Shown: one piece after another, positions 60,401 through 64,000 of the stretch
Layout of the letters: every line of letters starts with the position of its first letter
Numbering within the stretch: the first letter of the stretch is position 1
Source of the DNA: Raillietiella orientalis
Taxonomy: Eukaryota
DNA length: 64,000 bases
Assembly (NCBI GenBank): GCA_036172245.1
Contig: JAYWIR010000006.1
Location: 3,038,001-3,102,000 of the forward strand
Reading direction: 5' to 3'
Program-made: the position numbers and the translations under genes
Notes under the pieces: model-generated
The model's database searches: none
The model's input: the letters and a program-made list of their open reading frames with translations, nothing else
Told to the model about the DNA's origin: nothing

Positions 60401-60594
60401 GGGGGGAGGGGGGGTCGCTGGAGACGAACGAAAGAGTTGCTCGAATCACACGGTCGGTTGACGGCGAAATGACGCGGATGTCGCACTCCGTCGCGGGCGG
60501 CAGAACACGTGACCGGCGGTGTGGCACATCGTTGACCAGAGTACTACATTGAACCGCGCGCCAGCAGCTGACCGCCAGCGGGCGGCCCGTGCTG

Positions 60595-61260
60595 GCAGCC
60601 GTGGCAGCTGCGGTCTATCCGCGCTGGGCACCGGGCGTCACAGGTTCGAATCCCTTCCGAAGAAGGATCGATCCCGAGAACGAGGGGTGCGACGTGGGTT
60701 TTGAGTCCCCCTCCCCCGCAAGATGACGCTGGCTAGCCTATTCGGGTGCGGCGGCACTGGTGGAAGCCTAATGCTCCCGTTGATTGGCAGGGATTGGAAG
60801 TTGACCTGGAGTCTTTTCTGGAATCAAAGAAGGGTTCCCCTCCGGTTATGAAAACTGAGCCGTCCTCTCCTTCCGTAGGGGGAGGGGAACCCTTCATCTT
60901 GTACCATGGGATTTGTGGATCGATACCTCCCCAGAGAGTCCAAGAAGCGTGCTACTCCCTCCGGGGAAATCGGGAATTCTCTTCAGAAGGGAAACGGGGA
61001 GCGGATCCTTTCCGGATTCCCTTCGAAGAGACGAGGAGCAAGGGACCCCACAAACCGGAGGGTCTTACTGGAGACAACCGGGGCGAGTGTTCCCTCTCAA
61101 GCATGAGATGAACACTCCTCCCTCCGCAACCCTTGCTGGATTCACAGGGTGGTCCCCTCCCGGGGCACCCTCTAACTTCAAGAGTCAACACGCACCATCG
61201 GGTGGTTGGAGAAGCGGCGTCGAGAGTGGAGACCCACAAAGAGTGGGGAGGTACATCCCC
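60595..61260 (+). mobile_element. tRNA-headed SINE-like repeat, copy 6
   Basis: gccgtggcagctgcggtc..ggttcgaatccc; ccccgcaagatgacgctggctagcc.ttcgggtgcgg; gatacctcccc..aagaagcgtgctactccc. Confidence 0.7.
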
Positions 61261-61649
61261 TCGGAGACCCGGAGTGCCTGACGGAAGCCCTGCGACCGCC
61301 GGCTCTCTGGCGGAGGCGGACGCCCCCGCCGCAAGAACCAAACCTGCCTCCTGCCATCTTCCGAGGACCGTCGAGGGAACGAACACCGAGGGGGAGGGGG
61401 GAGAGTTCGGAGGGGTGGTTCATCGTGAGGGGCGGCTGGTTCCCTTCCGGCTCCTTCTATGCACTCCGCCGCAGCGACGAGCGGGTTCCGAAGGTCAGTG
61501 TCACCTTCCAAGCTAGTCTCCCGGAGACTTTCTCATCCCGCCAATCTGAAGATCAAGATTTCGTGGTCCAGATGCAAATGCGATTAGAAGGACGCGTTTG
61601 GAGTTCTTTCTTTCTTTCTGCCCCTCCCCCTTCCCCCCCCCCCCACACA

Positions 61650-63900
61650 CACCTTCTCTCCCTCCCCCCTCCTCCAACGCCACGGATCTCGAGGGACTGC
61701 TGCGCGATCCATCGATGCTTTCCCGACGCTGGCGCCGCCGCCATGCCCTCCTGGAGTTCCCGAGGGCGACGGCACTTTTAAACACGGCTTCCACCCTTCG
61801 GGGGATCGGTAGGGACCGAAAGTGCGACCTCACACAACCCCGGCCAGAAGTCCAGTCTTGGAAGGGAGGTCTGCAAGGAAGCGCCGACGGTCCGTTGCTC
61901 GGGAACTCGCAGCATGGCTACCCGTCCGCTCGGCCCTCGAGATCTCACGCGGTCGTTCCGAGGATGATGCCGATTTACGGGTGTCTATCTCGCAGGGCAT
62001 GCAGAGGACGGGGACAGGACAATCCTCTTTCACTTTCTGTTCGGCAACGCCTGCTTGCAATCGCTGCCCGGGATTGCCACTCTTCCTTCCATGACGTGTG
62101 GCCGCGGCTGTTTCCCCACGCCATAAGAGAGAGTGAGAAGGAGGATGAAACCCCAAATGGCTCATCTTTTTTATCGACAGGATCACCTGGTTGCGGGTGT
62201 CCAGGAACGCTCATGGTAACGTTCCCTTTCTGCTCCGCCGAGGATAGTCGAGGGACCGTCTGCCCCTTTCCTGGAGGGAAGGGGACGGCTCCTGATCGGG
62301 TCGCGTGCCATTATTATTATGCTTCAGAGCTTTAGCCCGGAGGCCAGGAAGCTGCCCCAAGCGACGCGTTGGAACCCTCCAAGAGAAAATACCGAATGGG
62401 CTTGCCCCCTTTGCTGGCGCTCCGTATAGAGCGCAGCCACTCCAATCGGGCACCAAACGATCGTGTAGGAGAGGAACGGCTGCGCAGAAGCTCCTCACGC
62501 TTAGCGGCAACGGGAGGTTGGATGCACGTCTTCCGGCTGGAGCTCATCCCTGCACTTGATCCTGTGGCGTTCTCGCGACTGCTTGCTGCGGAGCGCAGTT
62601 TCCCCTCCGGGCGAGTCGGCCCTTCCCGAACGCCGTGCCATCTTCGCCGCTAAGAGCACGCGATCGATCTCGCTTGCTCTTAGCGTTCCCGTGCTCTAGC
62701 CCTCCCTTCTGCGGAGCTTCGGGTCGACTTCCGGAACAATCTCTGCCGCGCACACTCGCTGCCCCAGGCGGCCAGATGCCCCCGCGTCGAGGCAGCCCTC
62801 GGTCGAGCGGTTCGGCAGATCTCGTTCGGATTCGGCACGCGCACGGCACGCGGCGAAGCAACACCGCCTCCGAAGGGGCGCCCGACACCGGGCATGGGTT
62901 CGGCCCCGCGGGGCGATTTGCCGAGGGTGAACGCGCTGCCGGGAGCTCGGGTTCCCGTTGCTCACGTCGAGCGAGGTCCGAAGCTCCGTTCCCTTAGGGC
63001 TCGGTCTTTCTTCTTCCGCCCGAGGTTGCGAGCAGCGGGAGAGTTGGCCAGCTTGCCTCTCGGACACCTGCCAGATGTTGACTCGCTCTCCGTCGCCGTC
63101 ACGGTTCCGGAGGAGGCTGGCGTGTGCCGACTGGCCAGAAGAGTCTCCAGGATCCAAGAGACCGACCTTTCGGAACGAAAGTTCACCGGTCCAGCGGCGA
63201 GCAGCCTCCTCATCTGCATAGGGGTGATGGACGACCTGGCATCGCTCCGCCGGCGCGTCGCTCCCTCGCCGACACTTCATCCTCCGAGTTCTGGACCAGA
63301 GGAACTGGTGGTAGTGAGGGGGGGCCCTCGGAAATTTCCCGAATTTTTCGGCTTTCGCCTTACATCTGACGGCCCTCCTTCGCCTCGGGCCCATCCAAGC
63401 CGCAGCGCGCCGCCGCCTCGCCCGCAGTCTTCCAGAAGCCGCGTGGGCGGCAGCACGAGATACGTCTCGCCCGGGGCAGGAGGAAGCGGGGCGGGAAAGC
63501 TCTCCGACACCTCGCGCGGGAATTCAGCGCTTCCGGCAGTGCTCGCTCGCTCGTCTTCTTCCGCTGCGCTGGAGGCCGGAAAGCGACGGCCCGAGGTTTT
63601 TCCCGAGCGAAGAGTGAGGGTGGTGAGCGGCCCTCGACCTCCTGGAGCCACTCCCGCCCCTCGAAGGGGGCGCGGACTCGTCCTGCCGGGCGGAGAGACG
63701 GAACTCTTCGTGGTCATCCTCCTCCCGCCTCGAGGCCACCGCTGCTCGGTCGCAGAGGGGGACATCCAGGCAACTGTGTTTGAGATCCCCGCCTCCTCTT
63801 CCTTGCCTTCCTTCCACGGGATGAGAGGAGAGCCCTCTTCAGTGATGCTGCGGGTCAGCGGAGCCCTCCATCGACCCCTTCAACTTCCTTTCGGTTTGCA
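61650..63900 (-). mobile_element. Decayed R2-like element, 5' half (ZnF/Myb + RT start)
   Basis: VHHPYADEEAARRWTGE (cf. H...H...RWT.EE Myb start), followed by HFRSLPIPRRVEAVFKSAVA and RQRRESIDG (RT domains 1-2). Confidence 0.45.
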
Positions 63901-64000
63901 CGGGCGCCTCGAGCGGTGACCTTTCCGCCGTCTCCTCCTTGCGGGCTTCGAGACCCTTCCGCAAGTTCACGGGGATCATTGGTCGTGGTTCCCACGATCT

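Overview
This is GC-rich eukaryotic DNA, most likely arthropod (inferred from GT-AG introns, DM4/DM12-like proteins and R2/Utopia-type retroelements). The main signal is hidden from the ORF track because it is spliced: a co-oriented minus-strand cluster of six paralogous genes between 10 and 47 kb, plus several probable decayed copies. Each encodes signal peptide - variable acidic/polar region - ~25-30 aa hydrophobic segment (often ending FPL/FPV) - basic cleavage-like site (RRRRS, KRKRRS or KRS; absent in the most divergent copy). Four members also carry a C-terminal 4-Cys domain (C-x-[EQ]-R-x-L-C...C-x-x-Y-x-C) resembling DM4/DM12. The exon chains I reconstructed by hand are in frame and share intron phases. 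The intergenic DNA holds decayed mobile elements: R2-like and Utopia/NeSL-like non-LTR remnants, hAT transposase remnants, a possible Ty3/gypsy remnant and six copies of a tRNA-headed SINE-like repeat. It also holds an AT-rich foldback island, purine-rich tracts, a ~0.8 kb decayed 28S rRNA fragment, and a 168-bp near-exact copy of a gene intron inside a transposon remnant. All family assignments come from motif recognition by eye, not from database searches, and TE boundaries are approximate.
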